Source of the DNA: a virus
Lineage: Duplodnaviria; Caudoviricetes
Reading direction: 5' to 3' (one strand)
Length of the DNA stretch: 64,000 nt
IMG/VR virus record: IMGVR_UViG_3300043120_000090
Coordinates: 1-64,000 of that record
Part shown: piece by piece, positions 1 through 7,259 of the stretch
How positions within the stretch are numbered: the stretch's first letter is position 1
Layout: every line of letters begins with the position of its first letter
The notes under the pieces: generated by a model
Told to the model about the DNA's origin: nothing
Seen by the model: the letters and a program-made list of their open reading frames with translations, nothing else
Databases searched by the model: none
Translations under genes and position numbers: made by a program

Positions 1-252
1 CGGAAAAAATAGGATTTAGTAAATTCATTTTGTAAATTACTACTGAATAACTTATAAAATGAATTTACTACTAGAAATAGTATGCCTAAACAATAGACAA
101 TAAGACAATAAACAAGTAATTAGCAGACTAATAACAAAATAACAAAACCACAATTGATTATATTAATTATTAGCTACATCATTACCTTAATTGAGTTCGG
201 CATACTTCTCTAGTAGCCTACTAGGTCATTACTCTAGTAGATGAAGGAAGTA

Positions 253-786
253 TTAAGCTTCCTTCACAAAAATTGAGATTTCTTTTAGAGTCTCTACATC
301 CCTATCGTCTAACTCAATGCATCCTGCATTGTTACGACCAGCACATTTATCTTTCAGAGATTGTACTCTAGCAGCATAATCTCGTGCCATATACCTAAAC
401 TTATCCGCATCTGCATTAGTCATTCCGCTAGTAAAATAAGTTTTTTTACTATCGTAATCACTATTAGCTTTAGGAGATCTATTTCTATCAAATATAGAAG
501 TAAGAACACTTTCCAGTTCTTTAGCTTCTGCAATTTGTACTGTTAAAGTATCAATGCTTTCACTATTGAACTTACTAATTGCTTCTCTAATTCTAAATTT
601 AATAGCAACTAAGTTGGTAATTACTAGAAATAAATTAGTCATAGTATCCGCAGAATATTTAGATGCAGAATTTGCACTATTAAAACTCAACCCACTCTCA
701 TAATCCGCGATACGAGATTTTTGAAGGTCAATTTCACTTTCTAATGCTGAAATTACACGTTGTGCTGTTTTAACTGTTATTTTCAT
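253..786 (-). CDS. hypothetical protein (177 aa, predicted helical/coiled-coil)
   Basis: Long ORF in the minus-strand operon, overlapping the stop of the upstream phosphoesterase; no recognisable motif. Confidence 0.75.
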   Translation of the reverse strand: MKITVKTAQRVISALESEIDLQKSRIADYESGLSFNSANSASKYSADTMTNLFLVITNLVAIKFRIREAISKFNSESIDTLTVQIAEAKELESVLTSIFDRNRSPKANSDYDSKKTYFTSGMTNADADKFRYMARDYAARVQSLKDKCAGRNNAGCIELDDRDVETLKEISIFVKEA

Positions 787-1321
787 GGTGAATTCCTACT
801 TTTTTAGTTGATAATTTTTTAATAATATTATGTAAGTTTGATACAATCATTCCAGTAGAATCTACTCCTACATCCATAGCTCTTTCACCTTTTAAAGCCA
901 CGTCATGACCATGTACGTGCCCATACAAGTGAATAGAACCTCTATGTAATTGATCCCACTCATAGATAGGATAGTGAAACATTATAACTGTTTGACCATC
1001 TATTGTAGTTTTTAAATACTCATGTATTTCTTTAAAGCAAGATCTAAAAGCTGCATTTTTTAATGCTTTTGCATCATGATTACCTACTATTAATATTTTT
1101 TCACCATTTAATCTATTTAAAATACTAACTAAAGAACTAGGTTGACTAAAACCTATATCCCCTAGAATATAAACTGTATCTTCTACTGTAACTTTACTAT
1201 TCCAGGCTGCAATCATCATTTCATTCATGTGATTAGCATCTTTATAAGGTCTAGTATTAGGGCAGAATTGAATTATCTTTTCATGACCGAAGTGTAAATC
1301 CGATGTTACATAAAGTGTCAT
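770..1321 (-). CDS. calcineurin-like metallophosphoesterase
   Basis: SDLHFGH, LGD, GNHD, FHYP and HLYGHVH motifs. Confidence 0.9.
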   Translation of the reverse strand: MTLYVTSDLHFGHEKIIQFCPNTRPYKDANHMNEMMIAAWNSKVTVEDTVYILGDIGFSQPSSLVSILNRLNGEKILIVGNHDAKALKNAAFRSCFKEIHEYLKTTIDGQTVIMFHYPIYEWDQLHRGSIHLYGHVHGHDVALKGERAMDVGVDSTGMIVSNLHNIIKKLSTKKVGIHHENNS

Positions 1322-1347
1322 GTTATTTTCCTTCTTTTAATATAAAT

Positions 1348-1376
1348 AAAGAGTATCTCTTAGCTAGATACTCTTT
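1348..1376 (-). terminator. intrinsic terminator-like hairpin after the tRNA/ncRNA array
   Basis: aaagagtatct / agatactcttt inverted repeat followed by a U-rich tract on the minus strand. Confidence 0.55.
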
Positions 1377-1408
1377 GGTTACTTACTTATAGGACAAAGT
1401 AAGGTATT

Positions 1409-1490
1409 TGGTACTCAAGGAGGGAGTCGAACCCTCATGCTAGGCACTGAGATCTAAATCCAGCGTGTCTACCAATTCCACCACTTGAGC
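1409..1490 (-). tRNA. tRNA-Leu(TAG)
   Basis: GCTCAAG acceptor, loop TT-TAG-AT, variable arm, GGTTCGACTCC, encoded CCA. Confidence 0.92.
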
Positions 1491-1659
1491 ATTAAATTGG
1501 CTTTGGGAGGATACCTAGATATTACACAACATGATTATACAAAAGTAATATCCAAATACCTTTCCAAAACCAACTTATTTATTGGTTACTGGCCTTCGCA
1601 CTCATACCTGATATGGCTACTAACCACATAGTATTTTCACCCGTTAATAAATTAGTTTG

Positions 1660-2545
1660 GCTCTAGCCTGAGATTACGGCATCGATTAGAAGTCTTTGAC
1701 CTGTACTGCTCACCTTGCGGGTGGCATTGAATCGTTATCCACTAGAGCTGTTTCCAGTCATCTAGTAACTTCCAGTGCTGCGATTTAAAGTCTCGCGGTT
1801 GACTTGACCTGCAATGCTATTCATCCTTTGTTCCATCGCCAACCTTGCGGGCTGTTAAGTGGCTGCTAAGCCTCAAACATTTTCACTCCGAATAATCTCT
1901 TTGTCCTTGCGGGACTCTGAGAACCTAATTCACTTTCGTGTTAGGTATTAAGCACCTTTCACATTGCAGCGGGACAGACTTTCGCTTTTAAATAATTATA
2001 TATCAAATAATTATATGTGCTGGATTTGAACCAACTACCGATTGCTTAAGAGGCAACTGCTCTACCAAATGAGCTAACATATGCGAACCTATCTAGATGT
2101 GCTGTCCCGTTGCTCCATACCTTGTTAGATACAGAATACAACACACCTACTGTCTTTCATCTTGCGGATTACTTAACGGTATTTCAAGACTATGATCTTC
2201 ACCACAATCTTTCATACTGGAAATTGCCTTCGCTTGCAGGCTTAGACTAACTTTCCTTCCCTTTCGTATTTGGAAATTCTGATAGTTTGCATGTACTAGG
2301 TTGGTTTGCGGCCATTTGTCTCAGGCATGATAACCCTCTGACTTATTCTTTCAAACCTAATACCTACCTTTCATATCCTACACGGCTCGTCACCGTGACT
2401 AGTAGTACGCTCAGTATATTCTAATGAGCACTTACTGCTAACGAGGGATTGCATAGATAAACCTATCTCTAGGTGGAAGTTAATAGGATGTACTTCCTTT
2501 GGGTGTATTACTACACTTATTTTAATGACGCTATGCCGCCAAAAA
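1660..2545 (-). ncRNA. GOLLD-like large structured ncRNA (~890 nt, boundaries approximate) with embedded tRNA
   Basis: ORF-less, locally GC-richer tract with many GNRA-capped hairpins (CCCGCAAGG x3, CACGAAAGTG). Contains segments I recall as GOLLD-typical: GTAGGTGTGTTGTATTC...GCACATC, AAAGCGAAAGTC...GTGAAAGGTGCTTAATACCTAAC...GAATTAGGTTCTCAGAG, and 3' GTAATCTCAGGCT. Lies in a phage tRNA array. Family call is from recall, not a covariance search. Confidence 0.72.
2011..2083 (-). tRNA. tRNA-Lys(CTT)-like, no encoded CCA, embedded in the GOLLD-like RNA
   Basis: TAGCTCATTTGGTAGAGC D-arm, GTTGC-CTCTTAA-GCAAT anticodon arm, GGTTCAAATCC T-arm; C1/A72 mismatch. Confidence 0.8.
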
Positions 2546-2743
2546 CTCAAATATAAATACTTAATAAATATTCATGTTTGAGGGTTCCGAAATGTGATAA
2601 ATATTATCACACCTAAAGACTTCGGAACCTGAGCCTTGGTAACTGAGACTAATGTCTCTTCGCTGCACTATACCTTTGCAGAGTTAGTATATTAGAAGCC
2701 AACTAACTGTTTGGCTCATTGAATCTCTCAATTCAATAAATAT

Positions 2744-2772
2744 ATTATACGTTAATTTAACCGTTTAGTAAA
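2744..2772 (-). promoter_or_regulatory. sigma70-type promoter
   Basis: TTTACT-N17-TATAAT. Confidence 0.8.
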
Positions 2773-2788
2773 GAAAATTTTTAAATTT

Positions 2789-3085
2789 CTACTTTCGCTT
2801 ACCTTTTGCATAATTGCGTTTCCCACGCTTTACAGCTTCATCGTAACTTTCTATAATACCAAACAGTTTATCTAGCTTTGTAAATCTAACTGAGATAGTA
2901 ATAGCTTCCTGCTCAGAGAAGTAGATACTAGAATAATCTTTAATATTCCATGAGCAAGTGAATTTACGATAGCTCCTCCCACTAGGGAAATCGAAAGTAT
3001 TTCTTCTAAATGTCCTATTTGCATAGGCTTTCATAAATGGATCGCGGTCAACATAACCACTATATTTCTTGTAACTTCTTGACAT
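2789..3085 (-). CDS. hypothetical basic protein (98 aa)
   Basis: ORF with AGGAGG Shine-Dalgarno. Confidence 0.8.
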   Translation of the reverse strand: MSRSYKKYSGYVDRDPFMKAYANRTFRRNTFDFPSGRSYRKFTCSWNIKDYSSIYFSEQEAITISVRFTKLDKLFGIIESYDEAVKRGKRNYAKGKRK

Positions 3086-3101
3086 AAGTACCTCCTAATA
3101 G

Positions 3102-3146
3102 TTAGAAGATATTAGTCTCTTTATTTTCTGGAGCTTGCTTGTTCAT
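3102..3146 (-). CDS. possible micro-ORF MNKQAPENKETNIF (14 aa)
   Basis: TAGGAG SD 6 nt upstream of ATG; fills the gap between tRNA-Lys and the next gene. Confidence 0.35.
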   Translation of the reverse strand: MNKQAPENKETNIF

Positions 3147-3160
3147 CAATTCTCCTAAAT

Positions 3161-3235
3161 TGGTACCTCCGGTGGGCAACGATCCCACAATATATGGTTA
3201 AAAGCCATGTGTTTTGCCAATTGAACTACGGAGGT
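3161..3235 (-). tRNA. tRNA-Lys(TTT), atypical T-loop (ATCGTTG)
   Basis: ACCTCCG acceptor, CATGG-CTTTTAA-CCATA anticodon arm, CCA end. Confidence 0.88.
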
Positions 3236-3293
3236 ATTATATATTAGCAAGCTGTTAACCTAGTTTTAATTCTTTATTCTTTTGGATAAAGTA

Positions 3294-3370
3294 TGGAAGG
3301 AGAAGTGAGATTCGAACTCACGAATGTAAGGATCAAAACCTTATGCCGTAACCAACTTGGCTATTCTCCA
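3294..3370 (-). tRNA. tRNA-Gln(TTG)
   Basis: TAAGG-TTTTGAT-CCTTA anticodon arm, GAGTTCGAATCTC T-arm, CCA. Confidence 0.9.
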
Positions 3371-3713
3371 TCAGTTAAATTATTTAATGTAGTGCTATCA
3401 GAGTCCTATTAATATTATCTCTAATAGTTTTTCCGTGTTGATCAGACACTAGGTCATAACCTAAAGGACTTATTATACCATATCCTCACCAGGGACAAAG
3501 GAATCGAACCTTATATGTATTATCTAGCTATCTATGCTAATACCAACCCGATAGGAGGTACTAGGTTAGAAGTGGCCTACTTATCGCTAGGCTAAGTCTT
3601 TAGTGTTCACTACATTAAATAATCTATAAATTTGCCTAACCGCCAGATCGGTAATCCGCGTGTTATTAAGCTACTTGAGCTCACCTGTACTTTTAGGTTA
3701 GGTCTTTATAATT

Positions 3714-3801
3714 TGGAGGAAGAACTGAGACTCGAACTCAGACGCCGCTTTCGCAACGACAGGTTAGCAACCTGCTCCAATAACCTTTATGGGATTCTTC
3801 C
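3714..3801 (-). tRNA. tRNA-Ser(GCT)
   Basis: GCAGG-TTGCTAA-CCTGT anticodon arm, long variable arm with GCGAAAGC, CCA. Confidence 0.92.
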
Positions 3802-4334
3802 TAGTTATACTTATCAAAAATATCTTGTAGATATTTTAAGTATTCTGCCTCTTTATTTCCCCATTCATTATAATATGAATCTTCATCAAATAAAAGGTCT
3901 ATTAAACAATAATCGCACTTACGTTCTTCATCACGCACATAAGTATCATAGAACGAGCAAGCCTCATTAACCATTGATACAAATACTGTCATTTCTTCAT
4001 CAGAAATAGGAGCTGCTGGTTTACCTATCTCTTTTAACTCTTGGTAGTAACCTAATTCAAAAGTCAATGCAAAGCCATCATCTTCGTGCTTAACGATAGA
4101 AATATCTGAATCATCAAGAAAACAGTTAATAAGCATACATACTAAGTATTCTATACTCTCTAGGCTATCTTTATGTACACCCCAAAAATATTGATACAAT
4201 CTAGTACGTTCCATTTCTAAAATAGGGATTAAACACTTTATTGTATCTTTATACGAATCAATAGTTTCTTTTAGCTGCTCAGCTTTTAATTTTTGTTTTT
4301 CTAGCAGAGAATCAACATATTGATTAATATTCAT
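3801..4334 (-). CDS. hypothetical acidic protein (177 aa)
   Basis: ORF directly after a promoter, with AAGGA SD; its TAG stop shares G1 of tRNA-Ser. Confidence 0.8.
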   Translation of the reverse strand: MNINQYVDSLLEKQKLKAEQLKETIDSYKDTIKCLIPILEMERTRLYQYFWGVHKDSLESIEYLVCMLINCFLDDSDISIVKHEDDGFALTFELGYYQELKEIGKPAAPISDEEMTVFVSMVNEACSFYDTYVRDEERKCDYCLIDLLFDEDSYYNEWGNKEAEYLKYLQDIFDKYN

Positions 4335-4364
4335 ATTTTATTCCTTTCTCAAATTTATAATTAT

Positions 4365-4393
4365 ATTATACGCTAGAAACAGGATTTAGTAAA
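4365..4393 (-). promoter_or_regulatory. sigma70-type promoter
   Basis: TTTACT-N17-TATAAT. Confidence 0.8.
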
Positions 4394-4893
4394 TAGAATT
4401 CTTCATTTTTATTCAGAATACGTATAGCGCTAATAGCATTATAAGGGCTTAGGCCAATATTTGGGTTAATTTTAATGAAATTATCTTTCTGCCAATATAG
4501 CATATCAGAATCATCATCTAATATAACATAGCTTGAGTAATCTCTATAAAAACCTTCATAACCAATAAGTTTTTTATTATTCTCAATGAAATGTAAGATC
4601 TCTAAGCCACGTAAACTAACTGGCACACTATGCATACTTTCTGTTTTACCTATAATTTCGCCCTTAATACCCATATCTTTACATAAGACTTGTAATTCTT
4701 CTAAAGTACGACCAAGCCTCCAGGTAGAGCTAATTACTATTTTTGCATTAGTATGTTTAAGCACTAGATTAAGATTACTGATATTAAAAGATGAATGAGG
4801 TGCCCATTCACCATTAATTTCATTAATGTGAGGGTCTCTATCATTTACATTATTTAATACACCATCTATATCTAGGAATAATAGTTTTAACAT
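4366..4893 (-). CDS. HAD-superfamily protein (Swiss-army-knife RNA-repair-like HAD domain)
   Basis: LFLDIDGVLN, IVISSTWR, RGLEI and YVILDDD motifs. Confidence 0.85.
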   Translation of the reverse strand: MLKLLFLDIDGVLNNVNDRDPHINEINGEWAPHSSFNISNLNLVLKHTNAKIVISSTWRLGRTLEELQVLCKDMGIKGEIIGKTESMHSVPVSLRGLEILHFIENNKKLIGYEGFYRDYSSYVILDDDSDMLYWQKDNFIKINPNIGLSPYNAISAIRILNKNEEFYLLNPVSSV

Positions 4894-4913
4894 TCTATGT
4901 TACCTTTTATATA

Positions 4914-4989
4914 TGGAGCGTGAGGTGAGATTTGAACTCACATGACACTGATTTGCAGTCGGGCACCTAAACCATTCAGACACTCACAC
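4914..4989 (-). tRNA. tRNA-Cys(GCA)
   Basis: Loop CT-GCA-AA, GAGTTCAAATCTC T-arm, CCA. Confidence 0.9.
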
Positions 4990-4996
4990 ATAAAAT

Positions 4997-5072
4997 TGGA
5001 GCGATATATCGGAATCGAACCGATGACAATTTCGTTGGCAACGAAATACTCTACCTGCTGAGCTAATACCGC
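4997..5072 (-). tRNA. tRNA-Gly(GCC)
   Basis: TTTCG-TTGCCAA-CGAAA anticodon arm, GGTTCGATTCC, CCA. Confidence 0.92.
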
Positions 5073-5181
5073 TTAAATTGAGAGCCAGCAGGATTTTGCT
5101 GCTATGGCATCACGCTTTTTATATCCAGTAATTTACTGGTGGCCGTTGATCACCTAACCCAATTTACTCTCAAATAGATCC

Positions 5182-5292
5182 GCTTTTGAAGTCATAACCG
5201 TCGCTATAGTATTTAGTTAAGGACTTGAACCTTACCCTTCGCGCACTGCAATATGCTACCAATACACCACATTAATACTTTAAATCAAAAGC
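5182..5292 (-). ncRNA. tRNA-like RNA with extended terminal stem (Y-RNA/YrlA-like candidate)
   Basis: D-loop-like TGGTGTATTGGTAGCAT, T-arm TAAGG-TTCAAGT-CCTTA, stunted anticodon arm, outer stem GCTTTTGA/TCAAAAGC. Confidence 0.5.
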
Positions 5293-5359
5293 TCGCTTCG
5301 TACTCGTCAAGCTAAGTACAGTCTTGACAAATACTAACTATTTTTCATATGTTTACTTA

Positions 5360-5545
5360 TTACCAGGTTTCCTTGAAAAAATCTTTTTTCATTTTACGAA
5401 TTGCTCGATCTGTAGGCTTACCACTAGTGATAAATATTTTTAAGTGATTATCGTGGCAAAGCACAGTATGCCACATCATTACCCTACCTAAAATACTAGC
5501 TGCGAAACCATCAACATATTTACAAACTGGTTTAGTTACTGTCAT
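5360..5545 (-). CDS. hypothetical protein (61 aa)
   Basis: ORF with AAGGA SD downstream of a promoter; C-terminus resembles that of the 5956-6159 ORF (KPT..K...WK/F). Confidence 0.7.
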   Translation of the reverse strand: MTVTKPVCKYVDGFAASILGRVMMWHTVLCHDNHLKIFITSGKPTDRAIRKMKKDFFKETW

Positions 5546-5577
5546 ACTTTTGTTCCTTTTTTCAAATTTATAAATAT

Positions 5578-5606
5578 ATTATACAGGAATTAAGGCATTC
5601 AGTCAA
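5578..5606 (-). promoter_or_regulatory. sigma70-type promoter
   Basis: TTGACT-N17-TATAAT. Confidence 0.8.
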
Positions 5607-5625
5607 CTAATTTTTTAAATGAAAA

Positions 5626-5716
5626 TGGTGGAGATTGATGGAGTCGAACCACGTGCCCAGAGGGACAGGATCTACAGTCCTGCGTTCAGCCAACCCGAAC
5701 CTTACTTGCAACCTCC
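5626..5716 (-). tRNA. tRNA-Tyr(GTA) with expanded D-region
   Basis: CAGGA-CTGTAGA-TCCTG anticodon arm, variable arm, GGTTCGACTCC, CCA. Confidence 0.85.
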
Positions 5717-5858
5717 AAAATTAAAGCAGAGTAAGAGGTCGGTTAAACATTACTCTAGTACGTTTTACTAAGTTGATTAGTGGGCGCTGTCTTACCGCCC
5801 TAACTGATATAGGCCGCTCTCAGTCGGAGCAGACAGTTTCTTCTTCATCATACTCACA

Positions 5859-5954
5859 CTAAGTATAATCACAATATTCACAAGTATATTCAGTTTCAGT
5901 ATCTCTTAAAGTTATCTCTAAATCTTTACCACAAAAAGGACATTCTTCGTGCAT
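5859..5954 (-). CDS. zinc-ribbon microprotein (31 aa, CxxC...CxxC)
   Basis: MHEECPFCGKDLEITLRDTETEYTCEYCDYT; begins 1 nt after the stop of the upstream ORF. Confidence 0.6.
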   Translation of the reverse strand: MHEECPFCGKDLEITLRDTETEYTCEYCDYT

Positions 5955-5955
5955 A

Positions 5956-6159
5956 TTAATTAAATACCTGTTTCCATTCCTTCTTCCACCGTCTCAACTG
6001 CTTCGCAGTTGGTTTGGTGGGGGTTAGGTGTGTAATACGAGAACTAGACATATAGTGGCCATCAGAAACAGTAGTTACCCACTGTATTCCATGAAGATTG
6101 GAGGTCTTACCTCTACCAATAAATCTCATTTGTAGTGGGCCAGTTACTAATAATTTCAT
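5956..6159 (-). CDS. hypothetical protein (67 aa)
   Basis: ORF with GAGG SD. Confidence 0.7.
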   Translation of the reverse strand: MKLLVTGPLQMRFIGRGKTSNLHGIQWVTTVSDGHYMSSSRITHLTPTKPTAKQLRRWKKEWKQVFN

Positions 6160-6177
6160 ATCTAATCCTCAATAATT

Positions 6178-6254
6178 TGGCGGACATACTTGGACTCGAA
6201 CCAAGAACACTCAATTTAACAAATTGCCGCTCTAACCATTGGAGCTATATGTCC
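6178..6254 (-). tRNA. tRNA-Asn(GTT)
   Basis: Loop TT-GTT-AA, GGTTCGAGTCC, CCA. Confidence 0.9.
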
Positions 6255-6260
6255 TTAAGT

Positions 6261-6336
6261 TGGTAGCGGAGGTGGGTAACGCTCCCACTCTGCAAGGCTT
6301 ATGAGACCTCTGAGGATACTTATCCTCCACTCCGCA
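6261..6336 (-). tRNA. tRNA-Met(CAT), initiator-like, atypical T-loop
   Basis: Loop CT-CAT-AA, 1:72 mismatch, T-loop AGCGTTA, CCA. Confidence 0.75.
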
Positions 6337-6345
6337 ATCTTTTAA

Positions 6346-6627
6346 TTAGTTCAAATAATTATCATGTACTAGAGGGTCATATTCTTCTACACTTGGGTCA
6401 AGGAACCCAGTCTCAACATAATCCTCTGCATCTTCGTCCCAGTCTTTACCAACTGTATCACGATCTCCAAAATGATACTCATCTTGTTCAAACCCATAAG
6501 ATGATGCTAAATCAATACACATATCATAAGCAATATCTTGTGCTTCTTCTTCAGTATCTGCTACAATTAACTCATGACTTTCACAACCAGGAAATCCGAA
6601 ATTTAAAGTTGCAAAGTATTTTTTCAT
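6346..6627 (-). CDS. hypothetical acidic protein (93 aa)
   Basis: ORF directly after a promoter. Confidence 0.75.
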   Translation of the reverse strand: MKKYFATLNFGFPGCESHELIVADTEEEAQDIAYDMCIDLASSYGFEQDEYHFGDRDTVGKDWDEDAEDYVETGFLDPSVEEYDPLVHDNYLN

Positions 6628-6659
6628 TTTTATTTTTCCTTTCCGAAATTTATAAATAT

Positions 6660-6688
6660 ATTATACGGAAAAAATAGCGTTTAGTAAA
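6660..6688 (-). promoter_or_regulatory. sigma70-type promoter
   Basis: TTTACT-N17-TATAAT. Confidence 0.8.
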
Positions 6689-6872
6689 TTGATTTTTTAA
6701 AATTTTATTACGTTACTAAGACTGTTAAGGCTTAGCTTCCTAGGAGTTGGAAATAAAAAGAGACCATTTTGTGGAACCTTTACTCTAGTTATTATTCCCT
6801 CATATATTTACCATTCATTAGTTATCACTGAAGCTTATAACATTTTCTATTTTAGAAATATGATGAATATTC

Positions 6873-7055
6873 ACCAGAGTTATATCATGCTTCTAGATTT
6901 CGCCAAAAAACCTTAGGTCTTAAAGCAATTTCTAGTCATATTCTGCCCTAGAGCCATATCACGAGCAGATGCTCAGAGGGGGTGTATCTAGGACTTACTG
7001 AACTATAATGAATATCCATCATATTAACCAGAATTGTATCATGCTTCTAGATTTC
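6873..7055. repeat. 29-bp direct repeat, two copies (6873-6901, 7027-7055)
   Basis: accaga(g/a)tt(a/g)tatcatgcttctagatttc, 27/29 identical. Confidence 0.85.
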
Positions 7056-7175
7056 TATAAAAACTTATTGTTTCAAGAGTACTCTAACTAATTTCATAAA
7101 TTTTATGTAATCTTGTTCTATCAATGTACCAGATAGTTTCTATATTCTAATCCTCTTTCCAAAATTTATAAATAT

Positions 7176-7204
7176 ATTATATAAAGAAAAGAGGATTTTG
7201 TAAA
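7176..7204 (-). promoter_or_regulatory. sigma70-type promoter
   Basis: TTTACA-N17-TATAAT. Confidence 0.75.
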
Positions 7205-7259
7205 TCTATTTTTTCATTTTAAAAACTACTCCTGAAAATAGGCTTTAAAATGGTGAGGA

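Noticed and set aside
1940-1990. Phage RNase P RNA (GAAAGTC motif)
   Set aside because: No complementary 3' P4 element found; the segment fits the GOLLD-like context better
3640-3675. preQ1-II riboswitch (ACACGCGGAT.ACC resemblance)
   Set aside because: Only a short motif match; no upstream P1/P2 elements and no regulated ORF or SD downstream (a tRNA-array context)
5859-5861. Genome-wide TAG recoding
   Set aside because: No CTA-anticodon tRNA is seen, conserved genes have no internal TAG, and several genes (e.g. primase) end in TAG
3161-6336. Atypical T-loops in tRNA-Lys(TTT) and tRNA-Met as pseudogene signs
   Set aside because: All other arms and the CCA are intact, and I recall similar T-loops in phage Lys/Met tRNAs; kept as tRNAs
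6873-7055. CRISPR mini-array
   Set aside because: Only two repeat copies, 125 nt between them, non-palindromic, and no cas genes
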